From an uncultured Rhodospirillales bacterium (lineage in GTDB: Bacteria > Pseudomonadota > Alphaproteobacteria > Rhodospirillales > JAPHRK01), in assembly GCA_965368335.1 (NCBI GenBank), contig CBDUMN010000003.1:1586-65585 (forward strand): DNA of 64,000 nt. The letters run 5' to 3'. The number at the start of each line of letters is the position of its first letter. Position 1 is the stretch's first letter. The position numbers and the translations under genes were made by a program. The notes under the pieces are model-generated. The model was not told the origin of the DNA. It ran no database searches and worked only from the letters and a program-made list of their open reading frames with translations. This document shows, piece by piece, positions 1 to 9,113 of the stretch.

Positions 1-1
1 T

Positions 2-1426
2 TCGTTCTCCATGTACCCGGGCCTCTCCCACGGCGCTTACAACGCGCTGGAAGCCCACGGTACCGACGAATTGAAGAACCGCTTCCTGCCCAAGCTGACC
101 GAGGGCATCTGGTCGGGCACCATGTGTCTGACCGAGCCGCAGTGCGGCACCGACCTCGGCCTGGTGCGAAGCAAAGCGATCCCTCAGGACGACGGGTCTT
201 ACAAGCTCACCGGCACCAAAATCTTCATCTCGGCTGGCGATCACGACCTGACGGAAAACATTCTCCATCTGGTGCTCGCTCGCTTGCCGGACGCGCCGGA
301 AGGGATCAAGGGGATCAGCCTATTCCTGGTGCCCAAGTACATGCCCAATGACGATGACACGGTCGGCCCGGCAAACGGCGTCACCTGCGGCTCCATCGAG
401 CACAAGATGGGCATCCACGGCAACGCCACCTGCGTCATCAACTTCGACGACGCCACCGGCTGGCTGGTTGGCGAACCCCATAAAGGCATGCGCGCCATGT
501 TCACCTTTATGAACACGGCCCGTCTTGGCGTCGGCCTGCAAGGTCTGGCCCAAGGCGAAGCGGCCTATCAGGGCGCGCTGGAATACGCCCGCGAGCGCAT
601 CCAGGGCCGGTCGCTCACTGGGACCAAAGAGCCGGAGAAAAAGGCCGACAGCATCCTCGTCCACCCGGATGTGCGGCGTATGCTGCTGACCATCAAGGCC
701 TATACCGAAGGGGCGCGCGCCATGACTGCCTGGATCGCCCAGGAGATCGACTACGCGCACAAGAGCCCCGACCCCGAGCGGGCCCAGCAAGCCGACGATC
801 TGGCCAGCCTGATGACCCCGATCATCAAGGCTATCCAGACCGATAATGGCTATGAAGCGGCCAACCTGGGCGTCCAAGTCTTCGGCGGCCACGGCTACAT
901 CCGCGAACACGGCATGGAGCAGATGATCCGCGATGGCCGCATTGCCCAGATCTACGAAGGCACCAACGGCATCCAGGCGCTCGACCTGGTCGGCCGTAAA
1001 CTGCCCACGGGCATGGGCCGTCTGCTGCGGCGGTTCTTCCATCCGGTTCAGGACTTCATCACCGCCGAGATGGAAAACGAAGAGATGGAAGAGTTCGTCA
1101 TGCCGCTGGCTAAAAACTTCGGACGCTTGCAGCAAGTGACCGCATGGCTGGCCGAACAGGGCATGAAGAACCCGGACGAAGCAGGCGCGGCAAGCGTCGA
1201 GTACCTGCGCATGTTCGGTCTCGTCGCCATGGGCTACATGTGGGCCCGGATGGCCAAGATCGGTCTTGCCAAACAAGACGGCGACGAAGCCGTTTTCTAC
1301 AAGTCGAAAGTCAAAACGGCGCGGTTCTACATGGCCCGCCTGCTGCCCCAGTGCGGCGGCCTGATGTCCTCGATCATGGCGGGCTCCAGCTCGATCATGG
1401 ATTTCGAAGACGAACTGTTCGGCTAA
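2..1426 (+). CDS. acyl-CoA dehydrogenase, 5'-truncated by the window edge (C-terminal ~475 aa)
   Basis: Frame is open to the first base. Translation carries acyl-CoA dehydrogenase signatures (CLTEPQCGTDLG; GGHGYIREHGMEQMIRDGRIAQIYEGTNGIQALDL) and the long helical C-terminal extension of the ~600-aa FadE-like class. Confidence 0.85.
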   Translation, partial: SFSMYPGLSHGAYNALEAHGTDELKNRFLPKLTEGIWSGTMCLTEPQCGTDLGLVRSKAIPQDDGSYKLTGTKIFISAGDHDLTENILHLVLARLPDAPEGIKGISLFLVPKYMPNDDDTVGPANGVTCGSIEHKMGIHGNATCVINFDDATGWLVGEPHKGMRAMFTFMNTARLGVGLQGLAQGEAAYQGALEYARERIQGRSLTGTKEPEKKADSILVHPDVRRMLLTIKAYTEGARAMTAWIAQEIDYAHKSPDPERAQQADDLASLMTPIIKAIQTDNGYEAANLGVQVFGGHGYIREHGMEQMIRDGRIAQIYEGTNGIQALDLVGRKLPTGMGRLLRRFFHPVQDFITAEMENEEMEEFVMPLAKNFGRLQQVTAWLAEQGMKNPDEAGAASVEYLRMFGLVAMGYMWARMAKIGLAKQDGDEAVFYKSKVKTARFYMARLLPQCGGLMSSIMAGSSSIMDFEDELFG

Positions 1427-1436
1427 TAGGAAAACT

Positions 1437-1482
1437 GGAGGGGGCGCCCTTTTGCCCCCTCCAACTCCCCCTAAAAGGGGGA
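1437..1482 (+). terminator. tandem GC-rich hairpins after the acyl-CoA dehydrogenase stop
   Basis: GGAGGGGGC-N8-GCCCCCTCC (1437-1462) is followed by TCCCCC-TAAAA-GGGGGA (1466-1482). There is no clean U-tract, so the intrinsic-terminator call is tentative. Confidence 0.45.
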
Positions 1483-1530
1483 AAGCTATTTCATCCCTCC
1501 CCTACTGGGGAAGGCTAGGTGGGGTATCCC

Positions 1531-2076
1531 ATGCACCTGATCTTTCGGATGGCGAAAACGGTTCTGAAGGCGCACTACGGTCGTAAACTGACACCCGCCG
1601 ATGAATCTGTCCTTCAAGTCCGTTGCTGGCCTAACGACCTGGACGCCAATCTGCATATGACCAATGGGCGTTATCTGACGGTCATGGACTTGGGCAAGTT
1701 CGACCTTTGGGTGCGCGCCGGACTGTTTAAGGAACTAATGGTCAAGCGCAAGTGGCGGCCGATCCTCGGAGCGGCCAATATCCATTTCAAAGCACCGGTC
1801 CATCTCTTCGAAGCCTGTACGCTGCGCACCCGCATCGCCGGATGGGACGACAAGTGGTTTTTTCTCGAACATCGCCTGGAAGTGCGGGGCAAACTAGCGG
1901 CCTTGAGCGTACAAAAAGGCCTATTCCGCGAACCGGGCCGTTCAGTGCCGAGCGCCGAGTTGATCGAGGCTCTCAACCTGAATGTCGATAGCGTGGAAAC
2001 ACCGCCCTACGTCTCAGCCTGGCTAGCCGCCGAACCGGCCTTTGAAGAGGCCCTAAAGACCGTGGAAAACCCATAG
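1531..2076 (+). CDS. hotdog-fold acyl-CoA thioesterase-like protein
   Basis: ORF 1519-2076. ATG 1531 is preferred because GGTGGGG lies 6 nt upstream. Size and pattern (WPNDLDANLHMTNGRYLTVMDLG) resemble thioesterase-superfamily proteins. It sits directly downstream of an acyl-CoA dehydrogenase. Confidence 0.6.
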   Translation: MHLIFRMAKTVLKAHYGRKLTPADESVLQVRCWPNDLDANLHMTNGRYLTVMDLGKFDLWVRAGLFKELMVKRKWRPILGAANIHFKAPVHLFEACTLRTRIAGWDDKWFFLEHRLEVRGKLAALSVQKGLFREPGRSVPSAELIEALNLNVDSVETPPYVSAWLAAEPAFEEALKTVENP

Positions 2077-2105
2077 CCCGGCAATTCCATCTATGAAACA
2101 ATAGG

Positions 2106-2597
2106 ATGGAAAAGGGGAAGGCTATGGATTTCAACACCCTCATCACCAAACTGGCGACTGCGGCGGCTAAGGGAGACGGCCAGGGCGTCGCTTCCTGTTT
2201 TTGCCAAGACGGCATTTATCACGACGTTTACTACGGCGCATTCAAAGGGCGCGAAGCCATCGCCGATATGATCGAGAACTGGTTTCACCGCGACGGGGAA
2301 GACTTTGTCTGGGATATTCACGACCCGGTCAGCGACGGCCACACCGGTTACGCCCGCTACGTCTTCAGCTACAAGAGCAAACTGCCCGAGGCCAAGGGAG
2401 CAAGAGCCGGGTTTGAAGGGGTCAGTTTTGTAAAGTTGCGGGACGGCCTCATTGAGCACTATAGCGAAATAGCCAATACCGGCCCCGGGCTCATCGACCT
2501 CGGCTTCCCACCGGAACGGGTCTGCAAAATTCTTAAAAAAATCGGCGACGAAGTTTGGCGACGCCCAGAAGCGGAAAAACACCATAAGCATGAATGA
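2106..2597 (+). CDS. SnoaL-like / NTF2-fold protein
   Basis: 163-aa ORF with the N-terminal pattern typical of SnoaL-like domains (AAAKGDGQGVASCFCQDGIYHD...GREAIADM). An alternative ATG lies at 2124. Confidence 0.5.
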   Translation: MEKGKAMDFNTLITKLATAAAKGDGQGVASCFCQDGIYHDVYYGAFKGREAIADMIENWFHRDGEDFVWDIHDPVSDGHTGYARYVFSYKSKLPEAKGARAGFEGVSFVKLRDGLIEHYSEIANTGPGLIDLGFPPERVCKILKKIGDEVWRRPEAEKHHKHE

Positions 2598-2718
2598 CCG
2601 GCATAGGTTCCACTGTATGGAACATGACCAAAATCATTGATTTTTAAAGGGTTATACGATAATCTGGTTGCTAAAGCGGTATGGGCGCAACCACTGCCAC
2701 GGATGATGTGGCGGAAAG

Positions 2719-4245
2719 GTGGTGGACGTGATGTTTCTCTACCTGCCGAGACCGGAAACTACTTATAAGGCCTTGACCGCCGTCGCCTCTTTCATTCTCT
2801 CCACCGAAGCGATAGCGCAGACACTAGACGTCACGTCCAATCAGAAAGAACTACTGCTCCACCCCCAATGGGTTTGGTGGATTACAGGGGCTTCACTGAC
2901 GGTTCTTTTCTCCTTTCTTGCCTGGACGGCGACCGTCCGTCAGGAGCTGAGGCAACGTAGAAAAACAGACGAAATTCTAGCCGAGCGCACGGCTGAGTTG
3001 CAGCTCAACGAACGACGCCTCAACATGTTGCTCGCCCTTAGCAAGAGCATTCCCAAACTTACCGAAAAAGAGATACTGGAGCGCGCTCTCGATATCGCTG
3101 TGGAGGTTACCAAAAGCAAGGTCGGCTATCTCCATCTGGTTAACAATGACCAGAAAACCCTAGCACTCTCGACCTGGAATCAGACAACCCTTAAAGGCTG
3201 CACGGCAGCTCACAATGATCACTATCCTATTACGGAAGCAGGCATTTGGGCCGACTCCATCCGTCTCATGCGCCCGGTTGTACACAACGACTACCAAAAC
3301 GAACCTCTTAAAAAAGGCTATCCGAGAGGACACTTCCCCGTAATCCGCCACATGAGCACACCCGTCACCGACGGCCAAAAGGTCTCATTGGTGATTGGGG
3401 TGGGCAATAAAGAAACCGATTATACTCCGGCCGATATCATCCAACTTCAGTCTGTGGCTAACGACATTGAAAAGATGGTCATGCGGCGCAGGACTGAAAA
3501 AGCGCTCAAATCGGCCAAAGAGGAGGCCGAAGCAGCCAACGAGGCCAAATCGCGGTTCCTGGCCGAAATGAGTCATGACCTAAGAACTCCGCTCAACGCT
3601 ATCATGGGGTTTAGCGACATGATGCGCAGCCAATCGTTCGGTCCTCTGGGAAGCCCAAAATACGAGGAATACGCCAATGATATCTATGATAGCGGAACGT
3701 TACTGGTCAGCCTGATTAACGACGTTCTCGATGTGGCGAAAATCGAAGCAGGCAAGTACGCGCTGGTCGAGGAAGACCTAAGCATCGCCTCAACCGTTAA
3801 GACAAGCATTCGGCAACTAAAAAAAATGGCTGAAACCTCAGGGCAAACACTTAGCGCCAAGATAGAGCCGGAACACCTCTCTATGCGAGGCGATGGGCGA
3901 GCCTTGATTCAGGTTTTCAACAATCTCCTCTCCAACGCCATAAAATTCTCACCGGCAAACAGCACCATCAATCTGGAGGCCGGATTGAATGGAGACAAGG
4001 AGGTGGTCATCAAGATAGTCGATCAAGGCATCGGGATGTCCGAAGAAGGCATTAAAAAAGCACTCCAACCTTTCGAGCAGGCCGATGGGCTACACTCAAG
4101 GCGTCACGAAGGCACTGGCCTTGGGCTTCATCTTTGCGCAAATTTCATGAAGCTTTTCGGCGGTACGCTGGATATCGAGAGTTGCATCGGAGAGGGGACC
4201 ATCATAAAGCTCACCTTCCCTTCCGAAAGAACCCTTGCCGTTTAA
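2719..4245 (+). CDS. membrane-associated GAF-domain sensor histidine kinase
   Basis: Hydrophobic N-terminal segments and a GAF-like region are present. H-box is EMSHDLRTPLNAIMGF. N/G boxes are NLLSNAIKFSP, DQGIGM and GTGLGLHLC. The GTG start is uncertain. Confidence 0.85.
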   Translation: MVDVMFLYLPRPETTYKALTAVASFILSTEAIAQTLDVTSNQKELLLHPQWVWWITGASLTVLFSFLAWTATVRQELRQRRKTDEILAERTAELQLNERRLNMLLALSKSIPKLTEKEILERALDIAVEVTKSKVGYLHLVNNDQKTLALSTWNQTTLKGCTAAHNDHYPITEAGIWADSIRLMRPVVHNDYQNEPLKKGYPRGHFPVIRHMSTPVTDGQKVSLVIGVGNKETDYTPADIIQLQSVANDIEKMVMRRRTEKALKSAKEEAEAANEAKSRFLAEMSHDLRTPLNAIMGFSDMMRSQSFGPLGSPKYEEYANDIYDSGTLLVSLINDVLDVAKIEAGKYALVEEDLSIASTVKTSIRQLKKMAETSGQTLSAKIEPEHLSMRGDGRALIQVFNNLLSNAIKFSPANSTINLEAGLNGDKEVVIKIVDQGIGMSEEGIKKALQPFEQADGLHSRRHEGTGLGLHLCANFMKLFGGTLDIESCIGEGTIIKLTFPSERTLAV

Positions 4246-4317
4246 GCTGGCTCTGATTCCAATCAAACGACAGAAATACTCTCCATGCTATGCTATCTTA
4301 AATAGACATGACGGCGC

Positions 4318-5121
4318 ATGCAGAAAGGTTCGGAGAGTTTCGCCTTGCCCATTTTGGCACTTATCGTCATCACCGTTTTAACCACCTTTTCCCCTGCCGT
4401 GGCGGAGCCTCTTCAGGTGCCCTTCCACGATACGACAAAAGCTCCGTTGGTGATCAATAACGACGGCAAGCTCAGCGGTATTTACCCGGATATTTTTAGG
4501 GCCGTGATGAAGCAAGCCGGAATTGAAGTCAAGTTGACGCCAACGCCCAAGCTCCGGGTCCGCCGCTATTTCGAAACCGGCCAGGCGGTTCTTTCCTGTT
4601 GTGACAACCCGGCATGGCGACAACGCCCTTTAGAGCATAGTGTTCAGCTTTTCAGCAGGCCCTTCTACATAACGCGAGATATCTTTGTTTTTCGTCCCCA
4701 CAACGCCCGCCCGATTGAGGACTTAAAAGACTTAGCCAACCTGACCGTCGCGGTAATCAGGGGCTACGGGTATCAAGGTGAAGAATGGTTCGGAGAAAGA
4801 ACCGATTTCATCGATGAAACGGCCGTCATGCAGGCCGTCGCTTTCGGGCGCACCGACGTCGGAATCGTCAATCAGGACGTTGCTTTGCACTGGATGGGCC
4901 AAAACCCCGGAAAAATTGAAACCGGCAACCTACACGACAGCGCCTCGCTTCACATTCGGATACACAGAAGCCGGGCGGACCTATTGAAACCGATCAATAA
5001 AGCGATCCTGGATATTATTGAAGACGGCACGCGGGATCGAATTATCGAACGATACATTAAAAACCATCGTGACCGGATAAACAAAAAACGCGAAAACCTA
5101 AGTTTCCGCGCTTTTCTATAA
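4318..5121 (+). CDS. periplasmic solute-binding (family 3 / PBPb-like) protein
   Basis: 267 aa with a signal-like N-terminus (ALPILALIVITVLTTFSPAVA). Length and pattern fit type-2 periplasmic binding proteins. Ligand unknown. Confidence 0.55.
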   Translation: MQKGSESFALPILALIVITVLTTFSPAVAEPLQVPFHDTTKAPLVINNDGKLSGIYPDIFRAVMKQAGIEVKLTPTPKLRVRRYFETGQAVLSCCDNPAWRQRPLEHSVQLFSRPFYITRDIFVFRPHNARPIEDLKDLANLTVAVIRGYGYQGEEWFGERTDFIDETAVMQAVAFGRTDVGIVNQDVALHWMGQNPGKIETGNLHDSASLHIRIHRSRADLLKPINKAILDIIEDGTRDRIIERYIKNHRDRINKKRENLSFRAFL

Positions 5122-5142
5122 ACTCTTCATCAGGCGACCGCT

Positions 5143-5577
5143 TTAGTCCCGATGAGTTTTCTCCATCCGCTCGTGGCGCTCCTGGGCCTCAATAGAAAGG
5201 GTCGCCACGGGGCGAGCTTCCAAGCGACGAATGCTGATCGGTTCAGAGGTTTCCTCACAATAGCCATAGGAACCGTCATCAATCCGCTCGAGCGCTTCGT
5301 CGATCTTATTGATCAGCTTTCGCGCACGGTCACGAGTTCTGAGTTCCAAAGACCGGTCCGTTTCGGTCGAAGCGCGGTCAGCCAAATCGGGTTCAGCGAC
5401 ACTACCTTCCTGAAGGCTTTGCAAGGTTTCGTTCGACTCGTCGAGTAGTTCGGTACGCCAGTGAAGGAGCTTTTGACGAAAGTACTCCTTCATGACGGGA
5501 TTCATAAACGGTTCGTCTTCTGTCGGACGATAGTCGGGAGACAATGTAACCGTCATTCCGCAATTAACCTCTTCCAT
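5143..5577 (-). CDS. dksA: RNA polymerase-binding transcription factor DksA (single-Cys variant)
   Basis: DksA coiled-coil and tip region (DLADRASTETDRSLELRTRDRARKLINKIDEALERIDDGSYGYCEETSEPISIRRLEARPVATLSIEAQE). Only one of the four canonical zinc-finger Cys residues is present. Alternative start at 5556 (MTVTL). Confidence 0.85.
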   Translation of the reverse strand: MEEVNCGMTVTLSPDYRPTEDEPFMNPVMKEYFRQKLLHWRTELLDESNETLQSLQEGSVAEPDLADRASTETDRSLELRTRDRARKLINKIDEALERIDDGSYGYCEETSEPISIRRLEARPVATLSIEAQERHERMEKTHRD

Positions 5578-5758
5578 ATGCCGGGCGGGTTTAACCCAAT
5601 CTCCAGCGGGTCTTCTCGAAAAATATGGCGCGGAATATACGTATGTATACCCTTAGTCGCAATACGGAAATTAACAAAAAATCGGAAAGCCTAATGAATG
5701 GCCGAGAATCCGACATTTTCTCTTTGTTGAGATAATCCGAAAAATAATGGCTCGAAGA

Positions 5759-6190
5759 TCAGAAGCCTCTGGAAAACTTGGCAATTTCAACTTCGGCGCG
5801 CAATTCGATATCTTCGATAATGGCCTTAAGCGCCGGATCGTCTATCCGGCCTTTTCTGGCCCTCAACGTCTGCGCAAGAACGACAAGGCGCTCTTTGGGA
5901 ATACGGCCAAGCAGAATATCGCGGCGAATCTCGTCCAGTTTGTCGAGAATATCCTCACCCCAATCGACCATCGCCCGACGATGGGAATCCTCCGTAGCGT
6001 TGGGCACCTCCTGAACGCTAAGGATGGCATCGACCGAGGAAACGGGGGCAGAATCGGAAACGTTACTGCCTTCGGCAGCCGCTTCCGCTTCTTTCAGATG
6101 AACCGAAAAATCGGACCCCGCAGCACTTTTCTTCTTGGCCTTTTTGGCCGAAGACGGGCCGCGCGTCCCACCGATATCGGAAACCTTCAT
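5759..6190 (-). CDS. fliX: flagellar assembly regulator FliX
   Basis: 143 aa. The N-terminus MKVS..GG..G, a low-complexity Ala/Ser/Lys stretch and the C-terminal half (RRAMVDWGEDILDKLDEIRRDILLGRIP...DPALKAIIEDIELRAEVEIAK) follow the FliX pattern known from Caulobacter. The gene is divergent from flagellar structural genes. Confidence 0.75.
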   Translation of the reverse strand: MKVSDIGGTRGPSSAKKAKKKSAAGSDFSVHLKEAEAAAEGSNVSDSAPVSSVDAILSVQEVPNATEDSHRRAMVDWGEDILDKLDEIRRDILLGRIPKERLVVLAQTLRARKGRIDDPALKAIIEDIELRAEVEIAKFSRGF

Positions 6191-6245
6191 ATCCGGCCTT
6201 TCGATGGATACAAACCTTCGCAGAGCGTACCCTGCACCATTCCCT

Positions 6246-6260
6246 TTAAGAAGCCGTTAA
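6246..6260. promoter_or_regulatory. CtrA-type box TTAA-N7-TTAA in the fliX/flgE divergent region
   Basis: TTAAGAAGCCGTTAA read directly. On the fliX strand it reads TTAACGGCTTCTTAA. It lies 56-70 bp upstream of the fliX ATG. fliX is a CtrA-dependent class II gene in Caulobacter. Confidence 0.35.
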
Positions 6261-6388
6261 ATAACGCAGGAATCAATAGGCAAAATATGCCACCCAGCAC
6301 TGCTTACCGCATCATTTCTGCCGCAACACTATCTTGACATCGATACTTCCAGGAAGCAAACCCATTAAAAAACAAATAGATAGCCGTT

Positions 6389-6404
6389 TGGCATCCATCT
6401 TGCT
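6389..6404 (+). promoter_or_regulatory. sigma54 (RpoN) -24/-12 promoter of flgE
   Basis: TGGCAT-CCATC-TTGCT has correct GG/GC spacing (consensus TGGCAC-N5-TTGCW). It lies 63 bp upstream of ATG 6467. Confidence 0.6.
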
Positions 6405-6466
6405 GAGCAGAACCCAGGTTTAAGGCAGCATTGCGTCTGCCGCAAAAAGACAATTGGAGAACTGCG

Positions 6467-7708
6467 ATGGCGTTACAAACATTCTCCGCCAGTGTGTTGG
6501 GCATGATGTCCCAATCGGCGGCGATGGATAACATATCCAAGAACATCGCCAACATGAACACCGGCGGCTACAAGAAAATCGACACCGATTTCAGGACCGT
6601 CGCCAGCAAAATGTGGGACCACAGCCAGTCTGATATCGGCGGGGTGCTCCCAAAGGCCAGTTGGCGCGTCGATCAGTCGGGCTTCATCCAGTCCAGTTCT
6701 TCCTACATGGACCTTGCGATCAACGGCAGGGGTATGTTTGTGCTGAACAACCAATCAGATGGCAATGGAGACACATACTACGGACGAGACGGCAAATTAC
6801 AATTCGGCGGTGGCGGCGCAACCGGCGGATCGCCCGACTCCAGCGAGGCCTACTTAACCGATAAGAACGGTTACTACCTGATGGGCTGGCCCGTCGATTC
6901 GAACGGCGCCACGACCTCGACCACCCTTTCCGGCATGCGCATCGATCCCGAGGCTTTTACCGGTGAGGGAACGGCAACGAGCGCGGGCACGTTCAGCGCC
7001 AATCTCTCCGCCGGCCTTGACGCAGGGTCCGCCCATTCTTCTTCCATCTCGGCATATGACAGCGCCGGCACGAAACAGACGTTCAACCTCATTTGGACCA
7101 AACAACCAGCCGTCAACACCTGGGAATTGACCGTTCAATCGAACAGCGGCGGTGTCGTCACAGCTCCTGCCGCTGCCGTATCGCTCACCTTTAATGGCGA
7201 CGGCTCCCTCGCTACTCCAGCCAGCGGCGAAGTCGCAATCGCAGGCACCTTTGGAACCGATACCGCATCCTTCACCTTGGATATATCCGAAATGACCCAG
7301 TTCGCCGGGGCCTACCATCAGGTCGGCTACGAATACGATGGGCAATCGACAGCTAGCCTCGAATCTTTTGAATTTACACGCGATGGCTATGTCGTCGGCC
7401 GTTTCACCGACGCCACCACGCGCCCGCTCTACCGGATGCCGCTGGCCACCTTTCCCAACATGAACGGCCTATCCCCCGTCAACGGCAACGTCTGGGAAGA
7501 TTCCGCCAATGCAGGGACGGCAACGATTGAGGCCGCAGGATCAGGCAGTGTCGCTGAATTCGTTCCATTCGCTTACGAACTTTCCAATGTGCGGGTAGAT
7601 GAAGAGTTCACAAAGATGATCATGACCCAGCACGCTTATTCAGCAGCAGCCACCACATTCAAGACGGCTGATGAAATGCTCTCCGTGGCGAAAGATCTAA
7701 AACGATAA
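6467..7708 (+). CDS. flgE: flagellar hook protein FlgE (hook/rod family)
   Basis: The N-terminal rod/hook motif (MMSQSAAMDNISKNIANMNTGGYKK) and the C-terminal flg_bbr_C-like motif (ELSNVRVDEEFTKMIMTQHAYSAAATTFKTADEML) are both present. At 413 aa it is too long for a rod protein. ATG 6467 is preferred over the upstream in-frame TTG at 6431. Confidence 0.7.
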   Translation: MALQTFSASVLGMMSQSAAMDNISKNIANMNTGGYKKIDTDFRTVASKMWDHSQSDIGGVLPKASWRVDQSGFIQSSSSYMDLAINGRGMFVLNNQSDGNGDTYYGRDGKLQFGGGGATGGSPDSSEAYLTDKNGYYLMGWPVDSNGATTSTTLSGMRIDPEAFTGEGTATSAGTFSANLSAGLDAGSAHSSSISAYDSAGTKQTFNLIWTKQPAVNTWELTVQSNSGGVVTAPAAAVSLTFNGDGSLATPASGEVAIAGTFGTDTASFTLDISEMTQFAGAYHQVGYEYDGQSTASLESFEFTRDGYVVGRFTDATTRPLYRMPLATFPNMNGLSPVNGNVWEDSANAGTATIEAAGSGSVAEFVPFAYELSNVRVDEEFTKMIMTQHAYSAAATTFKTADEMLSVAKDLKR

Positions 7709-7733
7709 GATAAAATAACCTCTGACAGGCGAG

Positions 7734-7764
7734 AAGGCGCGCTCCCACCGGTTCGCGCCTTTTG
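7734..7764 (+). terminator. Rho-independent terminator after flgE
   Basis: AAGGCGCG-N12-CGCGCCTT followed by a T-run, embedded in a CCTTTTGA x3 run. Confidence 0.6.
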
Positions 7765-7788
7765 ACCTTTTGACCTTTTGAGAACACC

Positions 7789-7817
7789 GGGAAAAATTGA
7801 ATCGGCAAGTTTTTCCC
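7789..7817. promoter_or_regulatory. candidate enhancer (UAS) for the flgI sigma54 promoter
   Basis: Perfect 8-bp inverted repeat GGGAAAAA-N13-TTTTTCCC lies ~100 bp upstream of the -24 element. That is the usual distance for a bacterial enhancer-binding protein (FlbD/FleQ-type). Confidence 0.3.
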
Positions 7818-7860
7818 TCCCCCTTTCGCCAAAGGACATCAGCTCCACAGAATCAATCGT

Positions 7861-7873
7861 CAAGCCATTGATT
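7861..7873 (-). promoter_or_regulatory. IHF-like site between UAS and the sigma54 promoter
   Basis: The reverse complement reads AATCAATGGCTTG, matching WATCAANNNNTTR. It is part of a 7-bp inverted repeat AATCAAT-N9-ATTGATT (7851-7873). Confidence 0.3.
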
Positions 7874-7891
7874 TACAAAGAAACTGAAAAC

Positions 7892-7907
7892 TGGCACCGG
7901 ACTTGCA
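7892..7907 (+). promoter_or_regulatory. sigma54 (RpoN) -24/-12 promoter of the flgI operon
   Basis: TGGCAC-CGGAC-TTGCA is a perfect match to consensus. It lies 64 bp upstream of the flgI ATG. Confidence 0.7.
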
Positions 7908-7970
7908 AAACTAATTAGGCATAAAACTGTGCGAGCCGCTTAAGGCTCATGCAAGAACGGGAACGAAACA

Positions 7971-9113
7971 ATGAAACGCGCAACGGCACATATTTTTTTA
8001 GCAAAAACGGTCAAGCTACTGACGGCAGTTGCACTGCTGGTCACCTTGATCGCTGCTCCGGCCCAGGCCGCGTCGCGGATCAAAGACATCGCCGATTTTG
8101 AAGGCATCCGCGACAACATGCTGGTTGGATACGGCATCGTCGTCGGCCTCAATGGCACAGGGGATTCCCTTTCCGACGGACATTTTACCAAGCAAAGCCT
8201 GCTCGCCATGCTGGAACGCCTCGGCGTCAAGCCCACTGAAGACGGCCTGTCGTCGGACAACACCGCCGCCGTCATGGTGACGGCCACCCTTCCGGCCTTC
8301 GCCCGCCAGGGAACTCGCCTGGATGTCACCATCAGCGCGCTTGGCGATGCATCAAGCCTACTCGGTGGAACCCTTCTGGTTACGCCGCTTGTCGGCGCTG
8401 ACGGCGAAGTTTATGCGGTCGCTCAGGGCCAGGTGGCAGTTGGCGGTTTCTCGGCCCAAGGCAACGCCGAAACGGTTATCAAAGGCGTACCGACAAGCGG
8501 CCGTATCGCCAACGGCGGCATCGTTGAGCGGGAAATCGACTTTGCATTGACCAACATGGAATCGGTCAAGGTCAGCCTCCGCAACCCAGACCTAACCACA
8601 GCACGCCGCATGGCCCAGGCGATCAACGCCTTCCTCGGTTCTACCGATGCCCGTTCCACTGACCCCGCTACGGTCGTTATCCGGGTTCCCGGTTCTTATG
8701 AAGACAACGTGGTCGGCCTGTTGACCGATATCGAACAACTGCGCATCGCCCCCGACCAGATGGCCCGCGTCGTGATCGACGAACAATCCGGTATCATCGT
8801 TATGGGCGAAAACGTCCGCATCAGCACGGTCGCCATAGCACAAGGCAACCTGACCATCCGGATTACCGAAACGGCACAAGTCTCCCAGCCCGGCCCCTTC
8901 GCCGAAGCGGGCGAGACCACCGTGGTAGACCGCACCGACATCGAAGTTGATGAACAGGCAGAAAACCGCCTGACCATCGTTGATGGCGGCGTGAGTCTGC
9001 AAGAGTTGGTTAACGGCCTCAATGCGCTTGGCATCGGCCCAAGAGATATGATCACCATCCTTCAGGCGATCAAAGCATCCGGCGCTCTGCAAGCGGAAAT
9101 CGAGGTAATGTGA
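7971..9113 (+). CDS. flgI: flagellar P-ring protein FlgI
   Basis: A signal peptide ends AAPAQA. Hallmark motifs RIKDIADFEGIRDNMLVGYGIVVGLNGTGD and C-terminal ILQAIKASGALQAEIEVM are present. Confidence 0.95.
   Translation: MKRATAHIFLAKTVKLLTAVALLVTLIAAPAQAASRIKDIADFEGIRDNMLVGYGIVVGLNGTGDSLSDGHFTKQSLLAMLERLGVKPTEDGLSSDNTAAVMVTATLPAFARQGTRLDVTISALGDASSLLGGTLLVTPLVGADGEVYAVAQGQVAVGGFSAQGNAETVIKGVPTSGRIANGGIVEREIDFALTNMESVKVSLRNPDLTTARRMAQAINAFLGSTDARSTDPATVVIRVPGSYEDNVVGLLTDIEQLRIAPDQMARVVIDEQSGIIVMGENVRISTVAIAQGNLTIRITETAQVSQPGPFAEAGETTVVDRTDIEVDEQAENRLTIVDGGVSLQELVNGLNALGIGPRDMITILQAIKASGALQAEIEVM

Noticed and set aside
320-1276. 318-aa ORF antisense to the acyl-CoA dehydrogenase. Similar long antisense ORFs occur at 6854-7345, 8592-9173, 10242-10724, 20991-21464, 22584-23426, 43506-43997, 47915-48490 and 51219-51905.
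   Set aside because: All lie entirely inside strongly supported genes on the opposite strand. Their translations are low-complexity and Arg/Gly/Ala-rich or have no motifs. These are typical shadow ORFs of GC-biased coding DNA.
7758-7781. CCTTTTGA repeated three times after flgE. It was considered as a micro-satellite or repeat element.
   Set aside because: It is only three short units, and it directly overlaps the U-tract of the flgE terminator. It is best explained as part of the terminator region.
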